A stretch of DNA of 64,000 nt from Paraspadella gotoi (GCA_051294375.1 CM119263.1:30381376-30445375); one strand, 5' to 3'. Shown: positions 24,116 to 37,960, numbered from the stretch's first letter. Numbers and translations: made by a program. The notes: a model not told the origin generated them from the letters alone.

Positions 24116-27100
24116 TCATTTATGGCCGTCTGATACGGCATAGTTGTCCCTGAGAAACTTCTCCATCCTGACCCGACACGCCCTCATCAGCGTCCACTCG
24201 TCCATCGTCCCTTCCGGCCACAGCGGCAGCACCTCGTCCCGGAGGAATCCCCGCAGCCGCTTCCAAGCAGCCGCGTCGCCGCGTTCGGGGCGAGGAAGTT
24301 CACGGGCGAAGTCGGTCAGGTGGACGTCGACGAGCGAGTCGAAAACATCGACAACGCGGGAAGACCAAGAGAAAGAGGGCTGAGAGAGAGAGAGAGAGAT
24401 TATAAAAAAATGTTTTGGAACAAAGGATTCTAAAAATAGAAATTTACCGAATCCGTTTGAGACCGGCGACCGCGGACGGCCTTTTCGGCGCGGCCGGCCT
24501 CGACGATGGCTTCGGCGACGGCGGCCTTGAGTCGCGACTTTAGATCGAGAAAAGAAGGAAGAAGATTCACCTTCAAAGCGTCGATGGATTTGCGGAGTCG
24601 TGGGAGGCTGGCCACAGAGCGAGGCTGTGAACGCATCTGACGAGCCTGTTGAGAATATAGATGAGAGTTAAAATAGAAAGAAAAACATTTTTGTCAGTAA
24701 ATTAAATAGCAAGATTTTATTGGGATGATCAATAAGTTTTAACGAGGTGAGTTCCTGACAAAATTTACTAACCATTCCGCTGAAAAATTATCGATGATTA
24801 AAAATTTTATTTTATAGTCAGGCGAAAAAGTAAGTTTTTTATTTTTGTTTACTACAACAGCAAAGTTTATTTCCATAAATGAACGAATATGTTTCTGTTA
24901 AGATGTTAGCTTTTATCAGTGCAACTAAAAAACCGAATAATAATGATTTTCACCTTAAAAATTATCAATATTAACTTAAAAGTTAATATTAATATACACC
25001 CCTCACTCGCCCGCCTCTCGCCTTGAAGATGTCCGCCTCCAACTTCAACGAGGGGGCGCTGGGAATGGCCGGACGCAACACGGCCGCGTGCACCTCCCCG
25101 AGATGAGCAAGGAGTTGGTCACGACTACCGAGCAGCACCTTGCAGAGCGGACATGAGATAACGAAGACGTCGCCGTTGGGCGCCATCAGAGGGAATTCCG
25201 AGAGAGATGAGGCGGGAACGGTGATCTCATGCGAGGGGGCAGAGGAGTCGGCGGTGTCGACAGGTTTGGGATTCACTGAAGCGTCGGGGATCTCAGCATC
25301 GCTTCCTCCGAGTTTTTGATTTTTTGCTAAATCTAGTTTTTCGATTTGGCCGCCACGAGCGGAAGTTTTAGACTCGTCATTGTCATCGTCATCATCATCA
25401 TCCTGGTCACTTTTGACACTTTGCTTTCGATTGTCCTCGACGATTTCAACGTCGATCGCTTCGACTTCCGGTTTGACTTCGACGCCTTCTTCCGCATCGC
25501 GGTTGCCATGATCCTCGAAGGACATCCCGTCGATCTCTTCCAATTCGACGACGGGCTGTATGTCTCCGCCAGATCCATCGCTCTGGTCGTCAACACTCTC
25601 TACGACAGGCGGCGCCTCTTCGGCGACTGGAGTCGCTCGCCGACGCGCGATTAACTTCCCGCGGTGCTGATCCTTCACGTGCTCTTCCAACTGTGCCGCT
25701 CGAATAAAGGATTCGGGACAAACGGTGCACCTCGAAGGAAAGTCTCGCCAATGACGCAGCCGCCGGTGCAGCATAGCGGAGCGCTCGTCCGGCATGGCCG
25801 CGCCGCAAAACGGGCAACGGATCAATCGGGGATCGCGCGCGTGGTGATAGAGAAGATGAAAGGCGTGGGCCGTGACACCGGAGAGAGCGAGGGCGCCGCT
25901 TCTGTTGTGACACAATCTGCAGCCGGCGGTGGCGGCGTCGATTCTGGCTGCCGCGTATTCGCGACGCCATTTCTCCAACGTCGCCGTCTCCACACCCGGC
26001 TCTTTCACCGTCTCCTCGGCGCCATCGTCGACCGGATCCGGCGGCGGGAGTCTTCTCGGCCGGCCGACGGGTCGAGCTCCTCGGACGGGATGCGAAGTCT
26101 CCAGATGATCGCATAGATGTTTTCGCGAAAGAAACGAGAGTCGACAAACGACGCAAGACTCGAGTCCGTCCACGACGAAAAATGAAGAAAACCATCGATC
26201 CTCCGCGTTGGACGATGAAGACGTCGAGTGCGAACGGAGTAGATGGCGCTCGAGGGCGGAAGAGGAAGAGAGGAGAGCGAAGCAGAGGTGGCAGAAATAG
26301 AGGGAGGAGTGGTGGAAGAGGAGGTGGCGAAAGAGAGAAATGGCGGAAGGAAACGAGGGAGATTGGCACAGCTGAATAAAGAAAGAGGAAGGTCTTGCTT
26401 AATTAAACCGAACGTCAATTGTTTAAATCAAATTAGGTACTTCTAAATACCTGACAAGAGATGGGGTTCTTATCTCCATTCCAAACTTTTGATTCCCTGA
26501 AATTGGATCTTCTTAACTTTTTCTGTTTCTCCTTTCTGGATTCCTCGGTCGACGTCCACGTCTCCATTAATTTCTCGATCGACGAGCAAGCTTGGTTCAC
26601 TTTCTCTTGTGAATTTTGATACCTAATAAATTTAGTTAAGATTAAGATTAATCTTACATTAATCATTAAGCAACGAGAACCAAACCAAGCTGGATTAACC
26701 TACATTTCCTATAATTAGGGACCAACGCCGGAGATAATATAAAATTTCGACTATTAGCAAAGTTTTTTTAGTTGTCTTGACTAAATATTTAAGCAATCAT
26801 TTTCAAAAAAAAAAAAACATTATACGTCTTGATTAATACATTAAATATTACTTGTCTTTTTTATCATTATAAAATTTTTTTTTTTAAATCTTAAAATTGT
26901 TTGATGGATTCTGATAAAGCATAAAAAGTTAAACAAGGAATATAATTATTGCTTTTAAAAATTCCTACGTTTTCTAAGTGAAAATATAAAAAAAACTGAT
27001 AAAATCATCGAAAGATGATGATTGTGACAATTTTATACTGTTTTTCTTATTTTTGACTCACTTATCATAAAAATATTTTTAAAAAATTATACTTGGTGTA

Positions 27101-30100
27101 GACAACTTTTTATGAGCTATCTGAATCTGGTCTTAAAATTTTAAAATTCTAAAAAAAATTTTTGGCCTTTCCTATCTATAAATAAATATTAAAAAATTAA
27201 TTATTTGGGTATAGAGCCATATAAGAAATGTTTTGTCCATTGAAAGTTTATTTAAAAATGTATAAATTTTTGTTTGAGCATGTAATCATTCAAAATTTTG
27301 GACTCACCCCATTGAGAGGGGCTACCCCTACTATAATAATTACTTGGACAAAACGTCGGTGAATTCGTCGAAGATCCGCCTTGATATCTTCGGCTTCATC
27401 CTCTTGTAATCCTTGAGGAATTCCCGGTGGACGTCGCGGTGTTTGATGCGGAAGTGAGTCTGGAGACTGTAGAGTCGCGTGGGTCGCTTGAAGGTGGATT
27501 CGGGATCGACGACGCACTTAAGGCAAAGAAGCGAAGGCGACGGAACCGGATTCTTTTCTTTGACCTGCGCCAGAGGATCCACGCCGAGAATCTCGATCCA
27601 AAAATCTTTACCGGGGGAAGAGATCGACGAGGAGGGTTGCGATGGAGACGGCGTCGATTCAATCGGGAGGGACGACACCACCTTCGTCGCAGGAAGCAAA
27701 ACTTGTTTACTTTCTTATTCCAAAACTAAAATTACTGTGGATCCCCAAACCCACCGCACCTTCATGATCCCTTTGGCCGCCGACTCGATGGTCCTGACTC
27801 GTCGCTTCTCCACGAAGACCGTGAAGGCGCTGCGCTTCGAATGCGGCGTAGACTTTAACATCCGCTGGAACGCGAGTTCGTCGTTGGCGAGGTCGTGGGA
27901 CTGGAGGTGTTTGCATTCGAGGCCGCGGAAGAGCGAGGAAAGTTTGCCGCAGTAGGGGCAATGCTCGGTCGTCTGAAGGAGGATGTGATATTGAAATGAC
28001 GAGAAAGGTGAAATAAGGCAAGATCAGTATGAGCGCAAAGGAAAGTTAATATATGATGAAAAAATAATAAAAGAACTAAAAAAATTGGTGTAGCAATAAA
28101 GCATTTTAAGAGTAACTGACATTGCAATTGGCAACTTGAAATAGTTATTAGATGCTAATGATTATTGGTAAAAGGTCCTTTTTAAGGACCACAGTTTGAT
28201 AGCTTTGCCAAATCTCACCTGATGCTGAAAGAGCCGAGGCTCGTCCTTGAATAGCTTCCTGCAGTAAATGCATTTGAAAATTCCGTGAGTGACGACGACG
28301 TCGACGTTGGTGACGCTGGAGTCGTAAGGGTCGTTGCGTTTCATCGTCTCCACGCGACCGGGGAAGGGAGATATGGAGGAGGGGACGGGCTTGGAGTGGC
28401 GGGCGGCAACCAGACGACCCTGTGAGGGAGTCAAAAAATTACTTACTAAATAATAATTAGCTATGGTATAAAATACTAAACTACTAAAAAATTAGAGAAA
28501 ATACAACAAATTGATTAGTAATCGCTAGTTTTAATTACGGTAGTAATTCATACAAGTACAATTATTTCACACTTCCAACTTTTATGAAGAGAATGAAAAA
28601 TAATTTCCTCCCCATATTTGCCCAACCTCATTACATATTTAATAATTCATAAACACCTGTTCGTTCGGCAAACGATCCGGCAAATAATCCGGATCCTCCT
28701 CGCTTTTCTTTTTCGCGCCTTTCGAAGTCATCGTCTTCGTCGTCATCGTGGTGGGCGTGACCTTCGGGAATTTCGACGCGATCGTCTTCGTCTTCCCCTC
28801 GAGCTTCGCCCTTCGCGCCGCCGACTCGATCGGGTCCAGGACACGCTTCGCCGAGGGATCCCATCGCTGAATGCGGTCGCAGAGTTCCATCACCTTAAAA
28901 AATAAAATAACAGAATTTCATTCACTTTTTCTTAATTATTATGAAAGTGAAGTAAAACAAAGTCAAAGAAACAAAAGACATCGAATGAAACAAAAGTCCA
29001 AAACACGCTGGGAAGAATTCTTACCTTTTTAAGAGGCAAACGATGTCCGTGTTTCAACAACTGATGATTCCACAATTTTACAGGAGAAAAGAATTCGAAG
29101 TCAAATGGATCCGTGGATTTTCTCTCCTCGTTCCGCGTCTGTCATTAAAATTTATTAGGTTAACTTTTTGCATTTATCTAATTAATCAAATACGAAAAGA
29201 TTATCGAGTCTTTCCTCGAACCTGATAACAGAAACCACACACGAAGGTAAGTCGAGTTGGATGGAAACCGTCTTCATCAAAAACCCTCCAATCATTTTCT
29301 TGATCGATTGTCTTTTTGGCTTCAACTCCGGATGCGGCATACGGCCCTCCCTTGGCCGGCAAAACCCTCAGCGCCCTATCCGTGCCGGCAATTCTTAATT
29401 CTCCGCCGGCGCCGTTCTTCAAGACATTGCCCAGAGCGACGAATCCCGGCGTCCGAACGTCAACCGCATTGTCGCCGCCGCCGCCAGCGGCTTTTAGCAT
29501 GTTTACGACGATGGAATTGTGCGATCGCTCCAATTTGTTGAGATCGATATCGCACGAGACGTCTGAAGCGTCGCTAGGCGCTCGATTGCGAAACGCGGGG
29601 GCTTTTAAAGCGCGGGGAGGATTCGTCGATAAAATCTCGACGTCGTCATCATCATCGTCATCCTCGTCTTCTAAGATGTTGACGTCGGATCGGTCAGAGT
29701 TTAAAAGTTCTCTTTCGGGTCCCGCGTCAGTTGGAGAGGAAGCTTTCTCCGCTGGAGCGATGAACTTATTCGCTGGAGCTGGAGTCTCGACCGCTGTAGA
29801 AGCACGTTCTTCGATTTGAGCAGCGTTCGCGTCGGCGAAAACTGAATCTTTGTCGGCCTGAGGAACACCGACGACCAAAGGGACTTCGTCGGCCGAGGGG
29901 ATTTCTTCGTCGGCCAAGATGACGGATTCGCCAGTTTCGAATAATGCGAGTCTTTTCTTGTTCGCGGGGAAGAGGTCGCTCTCCGCTTGGCGCTTCCGAG
30001 TTGACGCAGAATGGAAAGCCGAAAATCCTGTCGTCTCGACCGACAACGTTGAAGGTGCGGTCGAGACCGACTTGGATTTGTCCGTGAATTCTTCGTCCAA

Positions 30101-30133
30101 GTCCAAAGAACTTTCGTCGCAATAAAACGACAT
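24116..30133 (-). CDS. Large multi-exon C2H2 zinc-finger protein with acidic low-complexity linkers
   Basis: Repeated Cx2C...Hx3-5H motifs across exons: CIYCRKLF..LFQH, CHLC..ERHLLRSH, CVVCRLSF..DHLETSH, CPFC..LHRRLRH, CTVCPESF..EEHVKDQH, CPLC..AHLGEVH. ATG at 30133. The last splice junction is uncertain. Confidence 0.8.
26872..27330. repeat. About 460-bp AT-rich dispersed repeat (probable non-autonomous DNA transposon end), copy 1
   Basis: Highly similar direct copy at about 32362-32819; both end sharply at GACTCACCCCATTGAG..GGCTACCCCTA. Confidence 0.85.
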
Positions 30134-30324
30134 CTTAAATTAAAATTAAAATTAAAAATACTTAAGGATATAAAAAGACAAAAAATGATAATTACTAAGA
30201 ATGATATAAAACTTAAAACCTACTGTACAAACTGTAGAATTTATTTAAATCGATTTAATAATCATTCTTAATATCAATAAATTAATATAAAATAATTCAT
30301 TATTATATAAATAACAATATATTT

Positions 30325-30530
30325 ATATTGAAGAGGCTGGTTTTACAGGGCGCCACACCCGCAGCGGAGCTAACTCGTGGTGACAGTGAGACAGCATGTA
30401 CATGTAGGCCCAAGCCTACAGGCGGGTTACCCGGTTCATCCAACTTTCTACAACCTCAGGGCTCGAACCTAGGATGCACTGAGGCGCTGCGAAGGAAACA
30501 GCTTTAATCTATCTGCGGTGACAGGACCCC
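30325..30530 (-). mobile_element. tRNA-derived SINE-like element, family B, copy 1
   Basis: Minus-strand B-box GGTTCGAGCC; similar copy at about 30936-31178 and a head fragment at about 32034-32058. Confidence 0.65.
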
Positions 30531-30599
30531 AGGACTCACTATTACATTCTTTGAAATATTTTCCACTTCATTGATAGGGAGGCCAGGTACTCTGGGAGT

Positions 30600-30775
30600 G
30601 AATAAACAGGACTGTGAGAGAGTCTTGATTGAAAGCTTGCAGGGACCTGCTATGTAATTATCTTGTAAGAGTGATGGAGGCCTTAAACCACCAAAGCCTG
30701 TCCAAAGTCAGGGGCAAGATAGCTTATTTATTGAATGAATGGATAATTTTTATATTGGTTGTACCAATTTCATAT
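30600..30775 (-). repeat. Dispersed repeat family C, inverted copy
   Basis: Reverse complement of 23639-23766; segment 30601-30639 also matches 54905-54941 in reverse. Confidence 0.8.
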
Positions 30776-30935
30776 GAGAGTACGAAACAGGGGATGAAGC
30801 GCATGTCTCTCCGCTGAACCTCTTCATTCTGGCGGCCTTTGCATTGAGTGGCAGCTGGCAGCTGGCAGCAAACCACATCAAGAGCAGAGGAGTATTATCA
30901 AGCCGTTTACGTGTTCAGGATAATGTCGGGCTCAC

Positions 30936-31178
30936 TATTGAAAAGGCTGCTTTTACAGGGCCACACACCCACAGCGGTACCACCTCGTGGTGATGGCGAC
31001 ACAGCATGTTCATGTAGTCCAGAGCTTTGGATCTGGCAGCAGGACCAAGCCTACAGGCGGGTTACCCGGTCCATCCCACTTTCAACATGACAACTTCAGG
31101 GCTCGAACCAGGGACACATTGGGATGGTGCATTCGTCCACCGAAGCGCTGCGAAGGAAACGGCTTTAAGGGGACCCAG
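30936..31178 (-). mobile_element. tRNA-derived SINE-like element, family B, copy 2
   Basis: Direct repeat of 30325-30530 (CCAAGCCTACAGGCGGGTTACCCGGT, CAGGGCTCGAACC, GCGCTGCGAAGGAAAC). Confidence 0.65.
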
Positions 31179-32361
31179 TGATAAAAATGATATCATAAGC
31201 TTAAGGGTCTATCATCAAAGGAATTTGAATGGTGATAGTCATTAATTTTTTTTTGAACGGGAAAGTGGCAAAAAAAGTCCTCTCTTATTGTAGCGGAAAC
31301 AAAAATTTAATAATTATGGGAAAAAATTTAGTTGATCCTACTTAAATATATATATAATCTATTATTTTATTTTTAACATTCGAAAGTATTGTTTATTAAA
31401 TTTTAAATTTATTTTTTTATTGTACAAAGCTACAATTTTAAGTTTAAGCCTCATTGAACAAAGGCTTTATAAGACTAATATTTTTTTATTTTTATATTCA
31501 TTTAAAAACAGAAAAATCAAACCTAAATTCTATTCTAACAGAAACAAAACTGTAATAACTATTAATTAATATTCATATTCATCCCTTAAACGTATTATTA
31601 AATTATATTAATTCCTAACTATAATAATTAAAAATTTAGCCAAGGTACAGAACCTTTCTTTTCATTTTATATTTATATTACTTTTAAGAGTTTTATTTTT
31701 ATCCAATTAACAAAATCCTTTAAAAAAAAGTTTAAATAAAATCAGTCGATACCTTAAATTTTGATTCATTCCGAGTTTTTTTTTGTTATAAATTTTTGTG
31801 ATAAAAGCTAAAAATATTTTTAAAACTAGATCTTACCCTTTTTTAGAAAAAAAATTTAAAATTTGAAAAAGATTTTTTTCTTACCGATTTTTAAGCTAGC
31901 TGATTATATCAAATTTTTTAACTACTTTCCCAAATAATTATAGAAGAAAGAATCATATAATAGGAACCAGCTTAAGTTAAAGGCTTAAACGTTATGCTTT
32001 CAGCTTTTTACCCCCCCTGGTCACTTGGTCCCCTTAATCTATCTGCGGTGATAGGACCAGAATATAATATTAATAATAATTAATAAATAATTTAATATTA
32101 ATAAAATTTTTGGCCTTTCTGTATATCAATACGCTCTGGTGGCCTATGGAAAACAAAAAGCAAGGTTTTTCTTAAAGAATTTAAAAAAAAAAGGAATGAA
32201 ACCAAACTAGCCATAGCCGATGAAATTTAAATGCTAATGTATACAGCGTTAAAATAATCTATCATGACCATAGATTATGGTATTAAAATATTTTTTGTCA
32301 AAAATGCTTTCTTCTGAGGGTACTAGCCTAATTAAAAATATTATATTACTATATAGAGCAA

Positions 32362-32819
32362 ACATTTTTTTTTTAAATCTTAAAATTTTTTGATGGATTC
32401 TGATAGAGCATAAAAAGTTAAACAAGAAATATAATTACATCTTTTAAAAATTCTTACGTTTTCTAAGTGAAAATATAAAAAAACTGATAAAATCATCGAA
32501 AGATGATGATGATGATGATTTTTTACGGTTTTTCTTATTTTTGACACACTTATCGTAAAAATATTTTTAAAAAAATTATACTTTGTGTAGACAACTTTTT
32601 ATGAGCTATCTGAATCTGGTCTTAAAATTTAAAATTTCTAAAAAAAATTTTTGGCCTTTCCTATCTATAAATAAATATTAAAAAATTAATTACTAGGGTA
32701 TAGAGCCATATTAGAAATTTTTTGTCCATTGAAAGTATTCTTAAAAATGTCTAAATATTCGTTTGAGCATGTACTCACTCTAAATTTTTGACTCACCCCA
32801 TTGAGTGCGGCTACCCCTA
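32362..32819. repeat. About 460-bp dispersed repeat, copy 2
   Basis: Direct repeat of 26872-27330. Confidence 0.85.
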
Positions 32820-33519
32820 ACCAAACGGAAGAGAATAACGTTTCGGGGAAAACAATTGAGGAATTCAGATATTATAATTTTTGTTATTTGTTATTTTTGT
32901 TATATATTCGGGTAAAAATTAAGGTTACGATAAATTATATAAATAAATTAAGAATAAGTGTACACTAACTAGAAATATAAGTTAAGGTTAAAATAAGTTG
33001 GTAGTAAATTAGGGTATGGGGTAACTTTTGGATAAATTAAGGTTAAGGCTAAGTTTAGGTTAAGGGTAAAAAAAATTAATTTTTTCCTCTTCTTTCTCTT
33101 TGTTTTCCCATAAGCCTCCAGAGCGTATTCAACTCCGGCATCGCCAAATTTTTGGCTATTCCATCAAATTACACATATTATTATAATAATATAATATAAT
33201 ATAATAATATCATAATGTTAAACATGCTCAACTTTAAAGCGAAGACAAAAAGAAGATTCGCATTCAATATAACGCGAAACTCTGTAAAACTATGCACAAA
33301 TATATCAGCAATTAATTATAGAAAAAATTATGATGATTTTTATACGAAATTGTGCCTTCGAGCGGCCATTTTACTGCTATTCATCGCGCACGAAACGAAT
33401 TTAATTTATAGCGAAGAAAAGCTAACCCTGTCATCAACACTGTAATCGATAAACAATTGATCACAACAAAATAATAATAATAACAATAATTATTTTTTCG
33501 GTACATGAAACGCGTTACG

Positions 33520-33670
33520 AGGTTTAACCCTTTCTAGTTTATCGCACGATCCGCCAGGAGTCGAGCGGCGACGCGACTCCCTTGACGAACCCGAAGAACC
33601 CAAAACCGGCGGCCATTTTGAAGAGAGAGCACGGAACAAAAGGGCGGGATTCCCTGCGTTCCCGCTCCTT
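33520..33670 (-). promoter_or_regulatory. GC-rich island, probable promoter or non-coding first exon of the zinc-finger gene
   Basis: YY1-type CAAAATGGCCGCC on the minus strand (about 33608-33620), GC box GGGCGG, and a possible minus-strand donor GTAACG near 33518. Confidence 0.35.
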
Positions 33671-34794
33671 TTACCAGGTTGATTTCTTCGAGGAGATGAC
33701 AGAAAACTTTAGTATTGTAAGTTAAATGTTATCGGCTTGTATGTAGTAGCAAAAATGCTGTACAATAGTAGCGAATTTAAATCGACGATGAGTTTCTCAG
33801 TTGCCAGGGGATACTGACGAATGTAAACTTTCCCACTTAAGACAAAATTCTGCTCTTTTGTCCGCATTGTAATAATATGATATCTACGGTTTCATAAAGA
33901 AATTCAGGGAATAATTTATTCAGCGTTTTTGTAGAAGTTTAAGTTGAATTGATATATATTGAATTTTAAGTTTTAATGTTTTCTCGAAGTGATACAAGGA
34001 ACTTATTACTGAGGAATTAAATCGATTGGACGAGGACTTGATTTGAGACCTTTTTGTACCTTTTTGTTCATCATGTACTCAGTTTAGTTTACTACTTTGA
34101 AATATCGAATTCGTCCACCGCTCACCGTAAAGTTGATTCAACAAATATAAAATTATCCTCTCTAGCGCTCAATTAATAAGTAAACTAAGCCCATCATATG
34201 ATAGACAGAGGCAAGATAGCTTAAGTTTTCATATCCCTTAATCTAAACCTCTTATATTTTCCTAATTCACGCCTATCGCGAAGACAGTCGTTTCTTTCCA
34301 TTTGGATTTTCATCTGGGGCTCAGTTTAAAAACCATAACCAGATCGTAAATTAGCCCAACCTATCGCGATAAAGACGAAATACGCCCTTTATCCTTCAAT
34401 ATACGATAAATTTAATAGTTACGCTTATTTGTCATGAAAATGGTACAACCGAAAATTATTCGATCAATAAATAAGCTATCTCGCCCCTGACTTTGCACAA
34501 GCTATGTTGTAGTGATTATGATGCTCTTCAATGACACGAAACCAAGGTAAGCCGAGGTAAGCCACCCGACTAAAGAACTGTACACATATATCCACGAGTA
34601 CGATCCACTCTTGACTTCGCCGTTGCCCGCCGATATTCAAGTTCAATAAAATGAAAACGAAATTCGTCCAGAAGAAATGAAGACGGCATCTAAAAAACAA
34701 CTCCCAACGAAGTACCATATGACGTCCGTTTTGACGATAGCGTTTAATCGAGTGTATAAAGCTCTCAATTCTGAAATCCGGGAAGTATCGAAAG

Positions 34795-35101
34795 CAGGGG
34801 CGGCGAGAGAAATGGAATATATCCCTGAAAAAGTTGGGACATTACCAATAAAAGGGCCTTGATTTGACTTAAATAGGGGCCCAACTTGACCCCTAAAGTC
34901 TAAAGGGGCCCAAGCATGATCTATCCTGAATTTGATCAGTTCGACTATCTGCACAGACAACCTTTTTTCATAATCACTCAATTCCTTTTTTTTCCTCTTT
35001 CTTATTTTCCCTTTTTTATTTCTTCTTTTCTTTTTCTTTTTTTCTCTATTAACAGTTGCCGCTCGCCTCTGGCGAGGGTATCCCCCCTCTCGCCACCCCT
35101 G
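34795..35101. mobile_element. hAT-type MITE (307 bp)
   Basis: 15-bp TIR CAGGGG(C/T)GGCGAGAG with one mismatch; 8-bp TSD ATCGAAAG at 34787-34794 and 35102-35109. Confidence 0.9.
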
Positions 35102-36082
35102 ATCGAAAGCTCCAATCGAAATTTAGGGCGTTAAATTGACGCAAAAAAAACTTTGGGTAAGTTTACTTTTCGAAGACCGTAACCAACTTGAACTACCACC
35201 GGTCGCTAGTTTTAATCACATGACTTTAGTTTTTCTTCTTACATCGATTTTCACTTTGCACAATAATATATTCTTTTTTTTTTCATTTTTAATAATTAAC
35301 TTCACAAATTGTATTTCAAATTAAAACTTTTTATTCTTTATTAATAAAATAAATAAATTAAATAATAAAAAAATTATATATTTTTTGTTAATTCGTTAGG
35401 GTTAAAGGTTGTTAAGTTAAGCATTAAGAGTAATTAGGGTTAAAGGTAATTTTGTAAAAAAAATTTTCAATAAAATTTTTTGCTCTAATTTTTTATTTGC
35501 ATAATGGGATTTCAATATATTGCTCATAAAAAGCCTAGCCTAGCCGAGCTAGCTTAAAAATCCGTTAATATTCTTTCATCCTCATACACTATTCTAGATA
35601 TATTTCTACGAATGGTCAAGATATTACTTCAAAATTAGTTCCATCGATGTATTCATTTCATAAGCACGCGATAAACAAATGTCTTCACAAAGAAACGGTT
35701 ATCATCAACGCTACTGATTAACGGTGATGTGACATCTAAGACTTAATTCGTTTGCCTTTAGAGTTTAGTAGTATTTCTACTTACAGAACCAAAAAAAAAA
35801 AAAAAACAGCTGGAAACAAAGAAAGCTACGAAACAATTCGATTGAACACTGGAAATAAAAACTTGCCGATAAAGATATGCGCCTTGGGATAATTTTCATC
35901 AATAATTTAAAGGAAAAAAAATAAATTGCACTATTCTAAAAACGCTCAACGAAAAATAAAAATAACCACTCGCAAGGAAATTGGCAACACTCGAGAAACT
36001 CGTAAGTACGCTGACGGATTGTTCTGTTGTTATGAACGGTCATGATTTCCAACAATACTTCGAAAAAAATCATGAACGAAAA

Positions 36083-36085
<3 letters not shown>

Positions 36086-36125
<40 letters not shown>
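36086..36125. repeat. (GA)n microsatellite
   Basis: Directly visible. Confidence 0.95.
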
Positions 36126-36130
<5 letters not shown>

Positions 36131-36537
36131 AATATGAATCCCAGAATGGTTATTTACTTATTACTTTTGAACTCTACAAACTTTGCACGGTATCTCTTCA
36201 TCTACCCCCCCCACGTTTCTTGTGGGCGTTTGATTCGTGGTAAGAGAGGGGGTAGAGCGAGAGAGTGAGAGCGAGAAAAGTGAGTGGCAGATCTACGTCT
36301 AAAATGATACATTCATACATATGCTATAGTTTCGTTTATATTGGATAAAAAAGACTGGGGGTGAAGAGAAAGAGAGAGATAAAAAGCAGATTATCCGATT
36401 AACAAGATTGTTTTTTCTTTTAATGTTTATCCTTTCCGCAGATCCGTGGCGCGTCGTTCCACACACAAAAAAAAAACACGCGATAAAAAGAAAAACACTG
36501 GGAAGAGTTAAAGAAAAAAAATATTGTGAGGGCGCGA

Positions 36538-37960
36538 CTACGTGGAAGACGAGGCGACGGAGACAGCTTCTTCGCGCGGCGCCGACTTGACGGCAGCGTC
36601 GTCGGCTGCGTCGGCAACGGGCGCCGATTCGAGTTTTTCGTTCGACGACGACTTGGCGGCGGCGGCGGTGTCGGCGGCGTCGTCAATCGTCGAGGGATCC
36701 GCGTCGGAGGGAAGCGACTCCACCTTGGCGGCAGCGGTGGGGGAATCTGGTTTAATGTGGCAGGAGATATTTAAGATCCAAGAAAGAGATGAAAAATTCA
36801 TCAAGTATGAAATCATAAAAAATAGTCGGTATCAGTAGTCAGTTAAGGAGTACAATAAAAAAAAACGACGAAGTCAGTAAGTAGCAGAACTATGAAGCGG
36901 CCATTCTGCAATGCAGAATCTGAAACAAAAAAATGTTCTCACCCAAGCCGGCTGGCCGTCTGGGGAGATGAAAATGCAAAATCCATCATAAATTATTGAT
37001 AACGTTATCTGGATTTACCGGCATTGGGCTTATCGGGTTCGGCCGAGGCGGTTGGCGGTGTCGCCGCCGGCTCGGCCTCTCGTGGCGCGGGTTGGGAACA
37101 CCGAGGGACGAAGACCTTGGCATTGGGGTTAAAGTTGAAGATCGGAGCGTTGGGGTTGAGGCGGCTGCGAGTTACGTCCACCGACGGCTTCGCCTGTATA
37201 CAACAAAAAGGGGAGTTTGTGGACGCAACAAGTTATTTGATTTAAGAATGGAATGAAGTATACCAAGTTGTGAAGGTCGTATTGAAACTAAAGGAGATCG
37301 TTAGGCTTTCAATTGTCAAGTCGCGAATGTATCTCTCCAGTTGTCTTAAAATCTATATATCTCTATATCAAACATAAGCGAGATCAAAAACAAACCTGAT
37401 TTGACAGATTCATTTGCGCCATTTGCGACGCCAAGCTGTCGTCATTTGGTTCGCGGTTTCTAGACGTCTGTAAGGCAAATTACAATAAATATTAGCCATT
37501 CTTAATATCTAAAACTAAGGATAACCTTCATTTATTGGCCTAGTACACAAGGATTTCAAGGAAAGTTACCCTTTGTTGCTCGCCCCCTTCAGCTAATCCG
37601 TTAAAGGCTCCGCCGCCCTGCGACATCTGCGGGTTGATGCACATCTGCAGCTCAGGAGGAATATTCTCCATCTCGTCCTCGTCGCGCAACATCTGCTCCA
37701 CGCAAGTCTCGATAAGGAATTCCTCCATCAGCTGCTGTTCCACCTGCAAGGACACGGCAAGGGGGTTTATTTTCGCATCTCCCTTCAGTCTCCAAGTTTG
37801 AACTTGGAACTTGAACAGCTGTACTCGCCTGCTGGTCGAATTCGTCCAGCTCCTCGCCCATCCACATGTACTCTGCGAACTCATTGTCCTCCACGGGTCT
37901 CGGGTCGTTCATCTCGCCAATGGTGCCGTATGATATGTCCATAAAAGGTCCTTTCATCAT
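36538..37960 (-). CDS. PAIP2: Poly(A)-binding protein-interacting protein 2
   Basis: EFAEYMWMGEELDEFDQQVEQQLMEEFLIETC (PAM1 region) and PAM2 motif SRLNPNAPIFNFNPNAKVFVP; five coding exons; first coding intron is GC-AG (37828-37744). Confidence 0.9.

Noticed and set aside
25333-30125. Multiple long overlapping and antisense ORFs
   Set aside because: Shadow frames of GC-rich zinc-finger exons
34476-34981. Minus-strand ORFs of 80-112 aa
   Set aside because: They run across a MITE and repeat fragments, with no recognisable domain or splice pattern
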